Both the position numbers and the translations under genes were made by a program. A DNA stretch of 64,000 nt from Chloroflexota bacterium (GTDB lineage Bacteria; Chloroflexota; Dehalococcoidia; UBA2979), in assembly GCA_947470025.1 (NCBI GenBank), contig CANIRU010000001.1, positions 7,331 through 71,330 of the forward strand, read 5' to 3'. The notes under the pieces are model-generated. The model did no database searches. It was not told the origin of the DNA and saw only the letters and a program-made list of their open reading frames with translations. Positions 15,886-26,682 of this stretch are shown here, one piece after another (position 1 is the first letter of the stretch; every line of letters starts with the position of its first letter).

Positions 15886-18800
15886 ATGACGACCTTCACG
15901 CGGCTCGCGATCACTCGCGCCGGTGCGACCGCCGCGATCTTCCTCGCGCTCGCGATCGCCGGGTGGGTCGCGTTCCGCGGGCTGCCGATCAACCAGTTCC
16001 CCAGCGTCGACATCCCCGTCGTGTCGATCGTCACCGTCTATCCGGGCGCCAACCCGAAGGAGATGGAGACGCAGGTCACGCGTCCCCTCGAGGATGCGGT
16101 GGCCGGTCTGAACGACATCAAGACGATCACCAGCGTGTCCGGGCAGGGCTTCGCTTCGATCGTCATCCAGTTCAACGACCGCGCCGACTCGGCGACGCTG
16201 GCGCAGGACGTCGAACGGCGCATCACCAGCCCGGTCAGCCAGTTCCCCAGCGGGGTGAACCGCCCGACCGTCACGAAGATCAACTTCGACCAGGCGCCGG
16301 TCATGCAGATCGCGGTGGCGGACAACACGCTCTCTCCCGAGCAGCTCTACCGCCTGACGAAAGACCAGGTGCTCCCAGGCGTCGAGCAGGTCAACGGCGT
16401 GTCGCAGGTGGAGCTGGTCGGCGGCCGCAAGGACGAGGTGCGCGTCGCGATCGACCCCGCCCGCCTCGCCGCATACAACCTCAGCCTCGCTCAGGTGCAG
16501 AACGCGCTGGCGGGTGCGAACGCCTCGATCCCCGGCGGCAGCGTGACGCAGGGCCCGAAGCAGTTCGAACTCGAGGTGACCGGGCTGTTCGCGCGAGCTG
16601 AAGACCTCACGCGTGTCGTCGTGGCGCCCGGCCCTGTGCGCCTCGGTGACCTCGGTACCGTCACGGTCGGCGCGACCGAGCTGACGCAGACGACGCGCGT
16701 CAACGGCGCGCAGGCGATCCTGCTGGCGATCGGTCAGCAGAGCGGCGCGAACCTGACGGACGTGACGGACGGCGTGCGCAAGGCGATGCCGGGGATCAAG
16801 GCGTCGCTGCCGGCGAGCAGCGAGCTCGTCGTCGTGCAGGACACCACGCCCTCCGTGCGCGCGTCGCTCACCGGCATTCAGGAAGAACTGACCTTCGCGG
16901 TCGTGCTGACCAGCGTCATCCTGCTGCTGTTCCTCCACAACGCGCGTGCTGCCGGAATCGTGCTGCTGTCGATCCCAACGACGCTGCTGACGACGTTCAT
17001 CCTCATGCAGTTCATGGGCTTCACACTCAACTTCCTGAGCATGCTGGGCCTCACGCTCACGATCGGCATCCTCGTCGACGACTCGATCGTGGTGCTGGAG
17101 AACATCCTGCGTCACCTCGCACGAGGCGAGAAGCCATACCAGGCGGCACTGCGAGGGCGCGCCGAGATCGGCATGGCCGCGATCGCGATCACGCTGGTCG
17201 ATGTCGTGGTGTTCGCGCCGACCGGGCTGGTCAGCGGGGTCATCGGCGGGTTCTTCAAGGAGTTCGGGTTCACGATCGCCGGCGCGACGCTGACCTCGCT
17301 GCTCGTCTCGTTCACGCTCACGCCGCTGCTGGCGGCGCGCATCATGAAGTCCGGCGAGGAGAAGGGCAACGACCTCCTCGGGCGCTTCGGCGCGCGCTGG
17401 GACCGCGGGTTCGCGCGGTTCGAGGAGCGCTACCGCGACATCCTGCGCTGGTCGCTGGGTCACCGCTTTCTCGTCTGCGCGGTCGCCGCGGCCAGCGTCG
17501 TCGCCGGGCTCTCTCTGGTCGTCTCCGGCCTGATCGCAGTCGAGTTCGTGCCCTCTTCGGATGAGGGGTACTTCGCGATCCAGACCGAGGCGCCGCCGGG
17601 GACGTCGCTCGAGTCCCACAACGCGGCCATGCTCCAGGTCGAGCAGATCCTGATGTCGATGCCAGAGGTGAAGACCGTCACGGCATCCGTCGGTGTCTCC
17701 TCCCGTGGCCTGATCGGCAGCGGATCAACCGGGCAGGCGCGCTACGGCAGCGTCACCGTCGAGGTGATCCCGCTCCACGACGGCCGACGCAGCATCAACG
17801 CGATCATCGACGACGTCCGCGAACGGCTCACGGTCGTGGCGGGCCTCACGCCGAAGGTCGGTGCGCTGGCTGGTGGCCCCGGCGGCGGGCAGGCGCCCGT
17901 CTCGGTGCGCCTCAGCGGCCCCGAGTTCGAGACGCTGTCGGCGATGGCCGCGCAGGTGGAGGCGTCGCTGGAGCAGTCACCGCGACTGGTCAACGTGGCG
18001 AACGGCGCGCCGGTCGGTCAGCCTCAGCTCCAGGTCGAGGTCGACCAGGCGCGCGCGGCGGAGCTCGGCGTGAACTCTGCATCGCTGGGACTCCTCGTAC
18101 GCACAGCGTTCGCGGGGGCCGTCGCCACGAAGTTCCAGCGCCCTGACGGCACGCTGCAGGACGTGCGGCTCCAGCTCGCGGGCGCCTCCCGCAATAGCAT
18201 CGAGGACGTCGGTAACCTGCCGGTGCAGACCGCGCTCGGCACAACCGTGAAGCTCAGCCAGGTCGCGAAGATCAACGAGACGTCTGGCCCGACCCAGATC
18301 GATCACTACAACCGTCTGCGCGTCGTGAACGTCAACGCCGCCCTGCAGACGGGCGTGGCACTGTCGGAGTCGCAGCCCGACGTCAAGAAGGCGATCGCCG
18401 GACTCAGCGTCCCGCCCGGCTACAAGGCGGAGGTCGGCGGGACGAGCCAGGAGCAGGCGGACAGCTTCGGTCAGCTGTTCTCAGCGCTGGGCGCCTCGGT
18501 GCTCCTCGCGTACCTGCTGATGGCAGTGCTGTACAACTCGCTGCTGGACCCGCTGGTGATCCTCTTCTCGCTGCCGGTCGCCATCGGCGGCGCGATGTTC
18601 GGGCTGTTCGTCTTCGGCTACCAGTTCAGCGTCTTCTCGATGATCGGCCTGATCCTGCTCGTCGGCCTCGCGATCAAGAACGGCATCCTGCTCATCGACC
18701 GTACGAACCAGAACCGCGAACGTGGCATGTCGATCCACGATGCGCTCCTCGAGGCAGGTCCCGCGCGCCTGCGCGCGATCATCATGACGAGCCTGACGAT

Positions 18801-19065
18801 CGCGATCGCGCTGCTTCCGACGGCGTTCCAGCTCGGCGAGGGCGCAGAGCTCCGCGCACCGCTGGCAGCGACCGTGATCGGCGGCATCATCTCCTCGACG
18901 CTGCTGACACTGGTGTTTGTACCGGTTGCCTACACGCTGCTCAACGGGCTGAGTGAACGGGGTGCGCAACTGCTTCGCTGGACGTTCAACGCGAAGCCCT
19001 CGACCGATGAGGACGAGCGCGGCCTCAAGCAGCTCGAGGCGGAGATGCGCTCAGAGGGGAAGTAG
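15886..19065 (+). CDS. RND-family efflux transporter (AcrB/HAE1-like), 1059 aa
   Basis: 12-TM architecture, two large periplasmic loops, and an N-terminus typical of AcrB (RGLPINQFPSVDIPVVSIVTVYPGANPKEMETQVTRPLEDA). Confidence 0.95.
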   Translation: MTTFTRLAITRAGATAAIFLALAIAGWVAFRGLPINQFPSVDIPVVSIVTVYPGANPKEMETQVTRPLEDAVAGLNDIKTITSVSGQGFASIVIQFNDRADSATLAQDVERRITSPVSQFPSGVNRPTVTKINFDQAPVMQIAVADNTLSPEQLYRLTKDQVLPGVEQVNGVSQVELVGGRKDEVRVAIDPARLAAYNLSLAQVQNALAGANASIPGGSVTQGPKQFELEVTGLFARAEDLTRVVVAPGPVRLGDLGTVTVGATELTQTTRVNGAQAILLAIGQQSGANLTDVTDGVRKAMPGIKASLPASSELVVVQDTTPSVRASLTGIQEELTFAVVLTSVILLLFLHNARAAGIVLLSIPTTLLTTFILMQFMGFTLNFLSMLGLTLTIGILVDDSIVVLENILRHLARGEKPYQAALRGRAEIGMAAIAITLVDVVVFAPTGLVSGVIGGFFKEFGFTIAGATLTSLLVSFTLTPLLAARIMKSGEEKGNDLLGRFGARWDRGFARFEERYRDILRWSLGHRFLVCAVAAASVVAGLSLVVSGLIAVEFVPSSDEGYFAIQTEAPPGTSLESHNAAMLQVEQILMSMPEVKTVTASVGVSSRGLIGSGSTGQARYGSVTVEVIPLHDGRRSINAIIDDVRERLTVVAGLTPKVGALAGGPGGGQAPVSVRLSGPEFETLSAMAAQVEASLEQSPRLVNVANGAPVGQPQLQVEVDQARAAELGVNSASLGLLVRTAFAGAVATKFQRPDGTLQDVRLQLAGASRNSIEDVGNLPVQTALGTTVKLSQVAKINETSGPTQIDHYNRLRVVNVNAALQTGVALSESQPDVKKAIAGLSVPPGYKAEVGGTSQEQADSFGQLFSALGASVLLAYLLMAVLYNSLLDPLVILFSLPVAIGGAMFGLFVFGYQFSVFSMIGLILLVGLAIKNGILLIDRTNQNRERGMSIHDALLEAGPARLRAIIMTSLTIAIALLPTAFQLGEGAELRAPLAATVIGGIISSTLLTLVFVPVAYTLLNGLSERGAQLLRWTFNAKPSTDEDERGLKQLEAEMRSEGK

Positions 19066-19093
19066 CGGCTCGAACCGCTTCGGGACGGAGAGC

Positions 19094-19480
19094 CTACTCG
19101 TTGTCGGAAGTCGTGCCGACGGGGAGTTCCAGCGTCATCGTGGTGCCGTTGCGGCCGTCGCTCTCTGCGGTGAGCCGTCCGCCGTGCAACACCACGATCG
19201 AGCGCGCGATCGACAGGCCCAGGCCGGTGCCGTGCGCGAACCTCGCGCCGTCCGGGGTCCGATAAAACTTCTCGAATACCCGCTCGAGGTCATCGGGCGC
19301 GATGCCGATGCCCGTGTCGCGCACGACTACGGTGGCGCGCTGGTTCCACAGGTGCGTGCTCACATCCACCCAGCCACCGGATGGCGTGAACTTCACGGCG
19401 TTCTGGAGGAGGTTCTCGATCACCTGCTGGATGCGCGTCGCGTCTGCCGAGACGCGGGCCTCGTTCAGGTCGGTGCGCGG
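19094..19480 (-). pseudogene. Orphan 3' fragment of a sensor histidine kinase (HATPase_c domain only)
   Basis: ...DLNEARVSADATRIQQVIENLLQNAVKFTPSGGWVDV...VRDTGIGIAPDDLERVFEKFYR...GTGLGLSIARSIVVLHGGRL is the N/G1/G2 boxes. The frame hits a TGA immediately upstream with no HisKA or sensor domain, and no response regulator is nearby. Confidence 0.6.
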
Positions 19481-21332
19481 CGACCGGGCGGCCGTCCGAC
19501 ATGCGGAAGGTGGGGAACGAGCAGTCCCAGATCAGGCGACGGTTCGAGCAGTCGCTGAGGATGCTCGTCACGAGCGAGGTGTACCCGGCGGGCACCACCT
19601 GCTGATCCTGCGGCTTGAAGTCGAGGAGCGTGCGCCCGGTCGCGTCCGTCACCTTGCGCAGCGAGACGGGGTCGAGCGGCCTCGTGCCGGCCTGCTGGAT
19701 CGAGGGCGCGCCGACCATGCTGCCATTCCGCGCGAGGGTGGTGTAGGCGTACGCCATGTCGAGGAGCGTGATGTTCGCGCCGCCGGTCGCGATCGATGGG
19801 CCGTAGTTGGACGGGTCGTCGAGGGTGGTGATGCCCATCTTCTTCGCAAGGTCGATGACGTTGCCGATGCCCGCCACGGCGGCGGCGCGGTTGGCTGGGC
19901 AGTTGAGCGAGGAGCCGAGCGCGATCTTGATCGGCACGGGGCCGTTGGTCTTGTTGCCCGCGCCGGGGTTCTCGCACTTGTAGCCGTCCGAGGTGATGAA
20001 GGGCTCGTCCCAGATGATCGAGCTGGGGCCGTAGCCCTGCTTCATGAACAGCGTGAGGTATACGAATGGCTTGAACGAGGATCCCGGCTGGAGGATCGAG
20101 GTGGCGTAGTTGTTGCTCCCGCGGATCTCGGGGCTGGTGTCGTCGTAGTTCCGGCTGCCGACCATGAGCAGGATCTCGACCGTGCGGGCGTCGATGCTGA
20201 CCATCGACCCGTTGTGCGCGCCGATCGGGTCGGCGTGCTTCTTCAGGTTCTTCTCGAGCACCGCCTGCGCCTGGTCTTGCAGGGTGACGTCGAGAGTCGT
20301 GGTGACGGCGAGGCCGCAGCGCTGCACGCAGCGCTCGCCGAAGCGCGCGACCAACTCCTGGCGGACATACTCGACGAACCAGGGGGCGCGCAGCGGGAGC
20401 GCCTCCTCCTGGGCCTTCAGCTCGATGGGCTCGCGCTTCGCGGCGTCCGCCTGCTCCTGCGTGATGTAGTCGTGCATCACCATCAGGTCGAGGACCTCGC
20501 CCTGGCGCCACTTGGCGCCCTCCCAGCTCGAATAGGGGGAGTGCAGCGCGGGCGACTGGGGGATGCCGGCGATCATGGCAGCCTGCGCGAGGGTGAGCTC
20601 GCTGGCGTGGACGCCGAAGTAGCCCTGCGCGGCGGTCTCGACGCCGTTGTAGACGCCGCCGTAGTTGATGACGTTCAGGTACCACTCGAGGATCTGCTCC
20701 TTCGAGTAGTGGTTCGCGACCTCGGTCGCGTAGATCGCCTCCTGGAGCTTCCGGGCGACGGACTGCGCTGACCGGTCCTCGGGCGAGATGAGCGTCTGCT
20801 TCACGAGCTGCTGGGTGATGCCGCTGGCCCCGCGCCCGCTGAATGGGTTCCCGGTCGCGCGAAAGTTCTCGTACGCGGCGCCGAGCGTGCTGCGATAGTC
20901 GACACCGTTGCTGTCCCAGAAGTTCTGGTCTTCCGTGGAGATCGTGGCGTCGATCATCGCCTTGCTGACCTGGTCGAGGCGTGCGGGGAACCGGAAGCCG
21001 CCGTCGCTCTCCGGGAAGCGGTATAGCAGGACGCCGTTCCGGTCGTAGATCTGCGCGCCGCCATAGTTGGCGACGGCGGCCAGCATGTTCGCGGGGGTGT
21101 TCAGGTCGGCGACCGCGTTGTCGTAGAACCTCGTCGCGCCGATCACGAGCGCGGCGGCGGCCGCGAACGGGAGCAGGAGCATGGGCACGAGCATCATCAG
21201 TCCGATGCCGAGGCGCCCGTTTCCGCCCGCGGCGGTGCGACCCGCCCGGGCGCGGCGCCCAATGAACACGCTCCGGCGCAGCCGGCCGGCGTTACGATCC
21301 TCGAACCCTGCATGCTCCAGCGGAGCTGCCAT
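19470..21332 (-). pseudogene. Class A penicillin-binding protein (transglycosylase plus transpeptidase), 3'-truncated before the KTG box
   Basis: The GT51 motifs EDQNFWDSNG and GASGITQQ are present. The transpeptidase has SSFKPF (SxxK) and SSLN (SxN), but after ...TSLVTSILSD the frame degenerates into non-PBP sequence that overlaps the HK fragment in another frame. No KTG(T/S) motif is present. Confidence 0.7.
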
Positions 21333-21556
21333 GCGTTCCCTCTATCAATCCAATGTGCCCGCGAGGGCCTCAGCGTAGGGTCAGCCTCGATGCGTCCCGG
21401 TAACGAACAGCCGCGATGGGGATGGCAAAACCGTGCCGACCGGTGGTGCGAGCGATTTCGACGTCCGCCGAGCGTCCGATCGGGCGCTTTCGATAGATGA
21501 ACGTGTCGGGGATGATGAACGTTCTCGTGGTCGCGTCCTGCAGAAGAGGAATCCCG

Positions 21557-22135
21557 TTGACTGGCAAACGAATCCTGGTCCTCCTTGGTTCCGTCACCCC
21601 GCCGGGGCGCATGCATCGCACGGTGAACGAGGCAGCCCAGCGCGCCACCGACGCAGGCATCGCGGCAGTTGAGGTCCTCGACCTCGCGACCGTGCGGACG
21701 GGGTTCGCGGGTGCCGCGCCCGTCGAGGGCGACGAGACGGCGGGCGTCGTCGAACGGCTGCGCGGCGCCGACGCGGTGCTCTTCGCCAGCCCGGTCTATC
21801 GCGGATCATTCACCGGCGTGTTGAAGAACCTCCTCGATGTGGTGCCGGTCGAGGCGCTGGAGGGGAAGCCGGCCGGGATCATGGCGATGGGGAACACCCG
21901 CGACCACGCGCTCGGGGTGGAGCGGCACCTGCGCGATGTCCTCGCGTGGTTCGGGGTGATCCACGCGCCGACGGCCGTCTTCCTGAGTGCGGCAGACTTC
22001 GAGGCCGGCGCGCCGAAGGCGGAGGCTGCCGCCGACCTCGACGCGCTGATCGCGACGATTGCCCTGCTCGTCGATGCGACCAACGCCGCCGGGCGGGTGC
22101 TGCCGCTGCGTCCGCCCTCGACGCGCGAGGGGTAG
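21557..22135 (+). CDS. NADPH-dependent FMN reductase family flavoprotein
   Basis: A TTG start after agagga gives MTGKRILVLLGSVTPPGR...LFASPVYRGSFTGVLKNLLD, which matches the FMN_red family. Confidence 0.8.
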   Translation: MTGKRILVLLGSVTPPGRMHRTVNEAAQRATDAGIAAVEVLDLATVRTGFAGAAPVEGDETAGVVERLRGADAVLFASPVYRGSFTGVLKNLLDVVPVEALEGKPAGIMAMGNTRDHALGVERHLRDVLAWFGVIHAPTAVFLSAADFEAGAPKAEAAADLDALIATIALLVDATNAAGRVLPLRPPSTREG

Positions 22136-22193
22136 CAGCCTCTGTGTCGCGCACCGACGGGCGCTCGACCGGGGTGACGGTTATGGTGGACGC

Positions 22194-22859
22194 ATGAAGC
22201 CCTGGGAGTTCCTCGACAGCGCGCGCACGCCTGATGGCGGCACCCTCGAGCTGCGCCGTCACGACGGCGAGTACGTGATCCGCGCTGAGGGCTACGACCT
22301 GATGACCAGCCGGATGCACGGCTCCGAGGACGCCATGATGTCGCTCGCCTGCCCGCATCCGCGCGGCGGCGCCAGCGTGCTCATCGGTGGCCTCGGGATG
22401 GGCTACACGCTCCGCGCGGCGCTCGATCTGCTGCCGGAGGACGGTCACGCGATCGTCGGGGAGCTGATCCCCGAGGTCGTCGAGTGGAACCGCGGCCTGC
22501 TCGGTCCGCTCGCCGGCAATCCCCTGGACGACCCGCGCGTGCAGGTGGTGATGGGCGACGTGGGCAAGACGATCCGCCAGAGTGAGGCGCAGCGCTTCGA
22601 CGCCATCCTGCTCGATGTGGACAACGGCCCGAGTGCACCCACCCAGAAGGGGAACTCCTGGCTGTACACGCAGGGAGGCCTCGCGGCGTCCCACCGTGCG
22701 CTGCGCCCCGGGGGCGGGCTCGCGATCTGGGCGATCGACGACGAGCGCGGCTTCGAGCGGAAGCTCAAATCCTCGGGCTTCCTGCCCTCCACGCACCTCG
22801 TCACCGCGCACGGGACGAAGGGGAAGCGGCACACCGTCTTCCTCGGCGTTCGCCGCTAG
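22194..22859 (+). CDS. Spermidine-synthase-like (class I SAM-dependent aminopropyl/methyltransferase fold) protein
   Basis: MKPWEFLDSARTPDGGTLELRRHDGEYVIRAEG...VLIGGLGMGYTLRAALD...FDAILLDVDNGP matches short spermine/spermidine synthase-like proteins. Confidence 0.7.
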   Translation: MKPWEFLDSARTPDGGTLELRRHDGEYVIRAEGYDLMTSRMHGSEDAMMSLACPHPRGGASVLIGGLGMGYTLRAALDLLPEDGHAIVGELIPEVVEWNRGLLGPLAGNPLDDPRVQVVMGDVGKTIRQSEAQRFDAILLDVDNGPSAPTQKGNSWLYTQGGLAASHRALRPGGGLAIWAIDDERGFERKLKSSGFLPSTHLVTAHGTKGKRHTVFLGVRR

Positions 22860-22865
22860 GCCGGG

Positions 22866-22912
22866 ATCCTCACCTCCGCCCTCTCCCACTGCAACGTTCG
22901 TGGAATGGTTCG
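22866..22912 (+). terminator. C-rich/G-rich hairpin element, copy 2, immediately 3' of the stop codon
   Basis: cctcacctccgccctctcccactgcaacgttcgtgg is related to 3541..3585 and 27519..27556. Confidence 0.3.
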
Positions 22913-23007
22913 CGCGTTCGTGTTACGAGGTGAGCGACAGCCGTACCCTACCGTTTGGCCCTCGGGTGGCCCGCGAATGCGCTGCCGAGGATGAACGGGG
23001 ACGCCAA

Positions 23008-23154
23008 ATGCTGTGGGGACTGATCGTGCTACTGCTGGTGTTCTGGCTGATCGGATTCACTGCGCACGTCGCAGGCAGCCTGATTCACCTCCTGCTCGTC
23101 GTCGCGCTCGTCGTGCTCGTGTTCAACCTCATCACCGGCCGCCGTACGTCATGA
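23008..23154 (+). CDS. Small (48-aa) lmo0937-family membrane protein
   Basis: MLWGLIVLLLVFWLIGFTAHVAGSLIHLLLVVALVVLVFNLITGRRTS matches the family. Confidence 0.7.
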   Translation: MLWGLIVLLLVFWLIGFTAHVAGSLIHLLLVVALVVLVFNLITGRRTS

Positions 23155-23269
23155 CCGTCGCGCCGGTCACCTCGAGGGCGTGATAGCCCTCGGGGTGGTC
23201 AGGCGCGCGGCGGCCTCCTAGGATGCGCTCCAGTCGCGGCTCAACGTGCGAGCCGCCGAGGGAGCGCGC

Positions 23270-24544
23270 ATGGCATCCGGTCCGCTCGTCGGCATTCGTG
23301 TCCTCGAGTTCTCGCAGATCATCGCCGGGCCCTTCGGCTGCCAGAACCTCTCCGACATGGGCGCGGAGGTGATCAAGGTGGAGCCGCCCGAGGGCGAGCC
23401 CTGGCGCCTCTATTCCCAGTTCATGCCGGGTGAGTCGAAGCACTTCCACGCGCTCAACCGTGGCAAGAAGTCGCTCGTCCTGAACCTCGAGGATCCGGCA
23501 GCGCGCGAGGTTGTGTATCGGCTGGTGCCGGACATCGACATCGTCGTCATCAACTACCGGCCGGATGTCTCGGCCAAGCTCGGCATCGACGACGCGACGT
23601 TGCGCGCGCTGCGACCCGACCTGATCTACATCGACAACACAGCGTGGGGCCGGAAGGGGCCGTGGGCGAACCGCCCCGGCTACGACATCATCGCGCAGGC
23701 CGTGTCCGGGCTGATGGCCGCTGATGGCAAGCTCGACGAGGGCGGGTCGCCGGGCACGATCACCGCGTCACCGATGGCGGACTACGGCACCGGGATCGCG
23801 ATCGCTTGGGCGGCCTGCGCTGCGCTCTACCACCGCGAGAAGACCGGCGAGGGCCAGTTCATCGAGACCACCCTGCTCAACACGGCGCTGGCGATGCAGG
23901 GCATGTACGGCATGGATCTGCCGCTGGGCGACGCGCTGAAGTACCAGAAGATGGCGATGGTCGACGAGTTGCGCGCGCAAGGCGCTCCCTACGCCCAGGT
24001 TCTGGAGGCCCACGGGGCGGGCGGCGTGCCGAGAGTCGGCAACGTCTACTACCGCGCGTACGCCACAAAGGACGGCGCGGTCGCCGTGGGCGCGCTCTCG
24101 CCCTCGCTGCGGGCGAAGGTGCGCGCAGCGATCCCGACCGAGTACCTCGGGCTGTACGACCCTGAGTTCGACGCGCGCAACCCCGAGCACGTTGCCCGCG
24201 CCACGATCGAGGTCGGCAAGGTCGAGGCGCGCTTCCGCGAGTTCACCACGGCGGAGTGGCTGGAGCGCCTCGAACGGCACGGGGTGCCCTGTGGCCCGGT
24301 CAACTTCGTCGAGGAGGCGATGCTCGACCCGCAGACGCTGGCCAACGAGATGACGGTCAAGTTGGAGCACGACGTCACCGGCGAGGAGACACAGGTCAGC
24401 CCGCTGCTGCGCATGAGCGTGACCCCGCTGGAGGCGCAAGGCCCCTCGCCGATGCTCGGTCGCCACACGGACGAGGTGCTGCGCGGCGCGGGCTACTCGG
24501 ACGACGAGATCGCGCGACTGCGCGCGTGTGGCGCGATCGGGTAG
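23270..24544 (+). CDS. CoA-transferase family III (CaiB/BaiF)
   Basis: GPLVGIRVLEFSQIIAGPFGCQNLSDMGAEVIKVEPPEG matches the family. Confidence 0.9.
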   Translation: MASGPLVGIRVLEFSQIIAGPFGCQNLSDMGAEVIKVEPPEGEPWRLYSQFMPGESKHFHALNRGKKSLVLNLEDPAAREVVYRLVPDIDIVVINYRPDVSAKLGIDDATLRALRPDLIYIDNTAWGRKGPWANRPGYDIIAQAVSGLMAADGKLDEGGSPGTITASPMADYGTGIAIAWAACAALYHREKTGEGQFIETTLLNTALAMQGMYGMDLPLGDALKYQKMAMVDELRAQGAPYAQVLEAHGAGGVPRVGNVYYRAYATKDGAVAVGALSPSLRAKVRAAIPTEYLGLYDPEFDARNPEHVARATIEVGKVEARFREFTTAEWLERLERHGVPCGPVNFVEEAMLDPQTLANEMTVKLEHDVTGEETQVSPLLRMSVTPLEAQGPSPMLGRHTDEVLRGAGYSDDEIARLRACGAIG

Positions 24545-24569
24545 TCGCCGGGCAGGGGTGAGGGTCTGA

Positions 24570-25865
24570 TCAGTGCGCGGAAGCGACCGGCGCAGGCGCG
24601 TCTCCGTCGGAGGCGACGGGTCGGTGCCGCTCGATCAGCGCGGTCGGCGGAGACGAGAGCAGCAGCAGCGGGATGGCGACGACGGCCATCCCGCTGCAGA
24701 CGAGCCAGCCCTGCGTGTAGCTGCCGCTGACGTCGACCAGCCAGCCCACGACCCAGGGGCCGGCGGCGCCGCCGGTCGTCGTCACCAGCGTAGCGACGCC
24801 GTTGATCGTCCCGAAATGCCTCGTGCCGAAGTAGTCCGCGAGGATCGCGGGGCGCACCGGGATCAGCCCACCGAACGCGGGCGCGATGACGAGGATGCCG
24901 ACCATCGCCATCGTGGCGGTGCTCGCAGACGCGAGGATCGTCCCCCCGACCACCGTCAGGACCCCCGTGAGCGCGAGCATCGATCGCTTCGAGTAGCGGT
25001 CCGCCAGCACACCGATCCCCAGTCGCCCGGCGATCGATACGAACGAGAACACAGCGACGCCGGTCGCCGCGAGCGCCTTGGACGTGCCGAGGTCGCGCTC
25101 AAAGTACGGGATCTGGTGGACGACGACGGCGTTGGTCGCGAAGGACAGCGCGATCAGGCCGAGCGACATCATGATGAAGGGCCGCGACAGCAGCGCCTCG
25201 CGAATCGGCACGCCCCACATCGCCGCTGCCGCGCGCACGGCCACGGACTCGCCGGCTGCGCCGTCGATCGGTTGGGGGTGATGGGCGGGACGTGAGCGCA
25301 CGTTCGCCGCGATCGCCAGGCCGGCGAACAGGATGAACACCGCGAGCAGCCGCAGCGCGAGACGCCAGCCGAACTCCTCGACGAGCTGCCCCACGACCAG
25401 CGTCGAGACGCCGCCAATGCCGCCACCGACGGTGATGATGGCCATGGCGCTGGAACGGCGGCGGTTGAACCACGTCGCGACGGCGGCGAAGCATGCCGGG
25501 TAGCCACACGCCGAGGTGCCGATCGCCGCGAGGACCATGCCGGCGTAGAACTCGAACAGCGTGTGGACGATGGAGATGTACGCGAAGCCCAGTGCGGTCA
25601 GCACGACCCCGACGATGATCACGCGCTGCGTGCCGATGCGGTCCATGATCGCGCCGATGACCGGCGCGGCGACGCCGGAGACCTCCGTGCGGAGCGAGAA
25701 GGCGATCGCAGTCGCGGCGACGGTCCAGCCGAACTCGGCGATCATCTCGTTGAAGATCGCGCCCATGCCCCAGAAGAAGATCGAGCCGATCGCGAGGATC
25801 ATGACGCCGCCGCCCGCGACGACGATCCAGCCCTCGTACACGCCGGGAAGCATCCGTCTCACCAT
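24570..25865 (-). CDS. MFS transporter (OFA/oxalate-formate antiporter-like)
   Basis: 12 predicted TM segments and MFS signatures. Confidence 0.9.
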   Translation of the reverse strand: MVRRMLPGVYEGWIVVAGGGVMILAIGSIFFWGMGAIFNEMIAEFGWTVAATAIAFSLRTEVSGVAAPVIGAIMDRIGTQRVIIVGVVLTALGFAYISIVHTLFEFYAGMVLAAIGTSACGYPACFAAVATWFNRRRSSAMAIITVGGGIGGVSTLVVGQLVEEFGWRLALRLLAVFILFAGLAIAANVRSRPAHHPQPIDGAAGESVAVRAAAAMWGVPIREALLSRPFIMMSLGLIALSFATNAVVVHQIPYFERDLGTSKALAATGVAVFSFVSIAGRLGIGVLADRYSKRSMLALTGVLTVVGGTILASASTATMAMVGILVIAPAFGGLIPVRPAILADYFGTRHFGTINGVATLVTTTGGAAGPWVVGWLVDVSGSYTQGWLVCSGMAVVAIPLLLLSSPPTALIERHRPVASDGDAPAPVASAH

Positions 25866-25911
25866 CGGCGCATCCTACGCGGTCGGCTGGTTGCGAGCGC
25901 GGGGCGTCGGG

Positions 25912-26592
25912 CTATTCGATGCCGTAGACGACGGCGTGCATCTCCCAGTAGTGGTGCACCTTCGCGACCACGGTGATCACGCTCTTCACCTGGTCCTTGA
26001 GGGTGAACGAGGGGGCCGCCGGGACGAGCAGGCGCTCCTCGTCGTCGAGGCGCGCGTCGATGTTCTCGAGGATGATGCAGGCGCACATCCAGGCGGCGTG
26101 CTTGCGCGAGCGGCAAGAGATCGCGAGCCAGCCGGGGATCTCGGACGGCTCGGAGAAGAGGCCCGTGGTCAGGTAGATGCCCCGACGGATCTCCGCGATG
26201 GGGTCGAAGGCGCCGTTGGGGATGGCTCGAGGAATCTCGGCGAGCGCGCGGACGCGGCTGTCGTCACCTCGATGGGGTGGGCCGCCGAAGAAGGCGAGCT
26301 CACAGAAGGACTCCCACATCGCGGACCAGTCGGGGTTGCCCTCGTCGTCCGAGACCATCGCGGCGGCGGGCATGCCCTCCGTCTGCACGCGGAACGGGAG
26401 CAGCGTCTCCACGGGCGCGTCGCCGCTCATCGGCGCGACGGCGTCACGCGCGAGGCCGGCGAGCTCCGGGCGCGCCCAGATGAACTCGACCGGCTCGCCG
26501 AGGTACGCGGCATACGACTGGCACAGCGCACGCAGCTCCCGTGTGCGTTCCCACGGCAGGCTGTTGTCCCCGATCACCATGACTCGAGCCAT
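25912..26592 (-). CDS. Hypothetical protein
   Basis: A 226-aa ORF with high GC3 and no competing frame. No family was recognised. Confidence 0.5.
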   Translation of the reverse strand: MARVMVIGDNSLPWERTRELRALCQSYAAYLGEPVEFIWARPELAGLARDAVAPMSGDAPVETLLPFRVQTEGMPAAAMVSDDEGNPDWSAMWESFCELAFFGGPPHRGDDSRVRALAEIPRAIPNGAFDPIAEIRRGIYLTTGLFSEPSEIPGWLAISCRSRKHAAWMCACIILENIDARLDDEERLLVPAAPSFTLKDQVKSVITVVAKVHHYWEMHAVVYGIE

Positions 26593-26682
26593 CGCGGCGT
26601 CCCGTCGTGGCGGGTTAGCCCCGCCTTATTGCAAGTATTCGCAGATGCCCTTGATGATGCCGGAGGAGGAAGTCCGCCGCAA

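Noticed and set aside
15772-17619. 615-aa minus ORF
   Set aside because: Antisense to the RND transporter gene, which has unambiguous AcrB homology.
19302-20771. 489-aa + ORF and 406-aa minus ORF 19465..20685
   Set aside because: Alternative frames across the class A PBP gene. Only the 19470..21332 frame carries PBP motifs.
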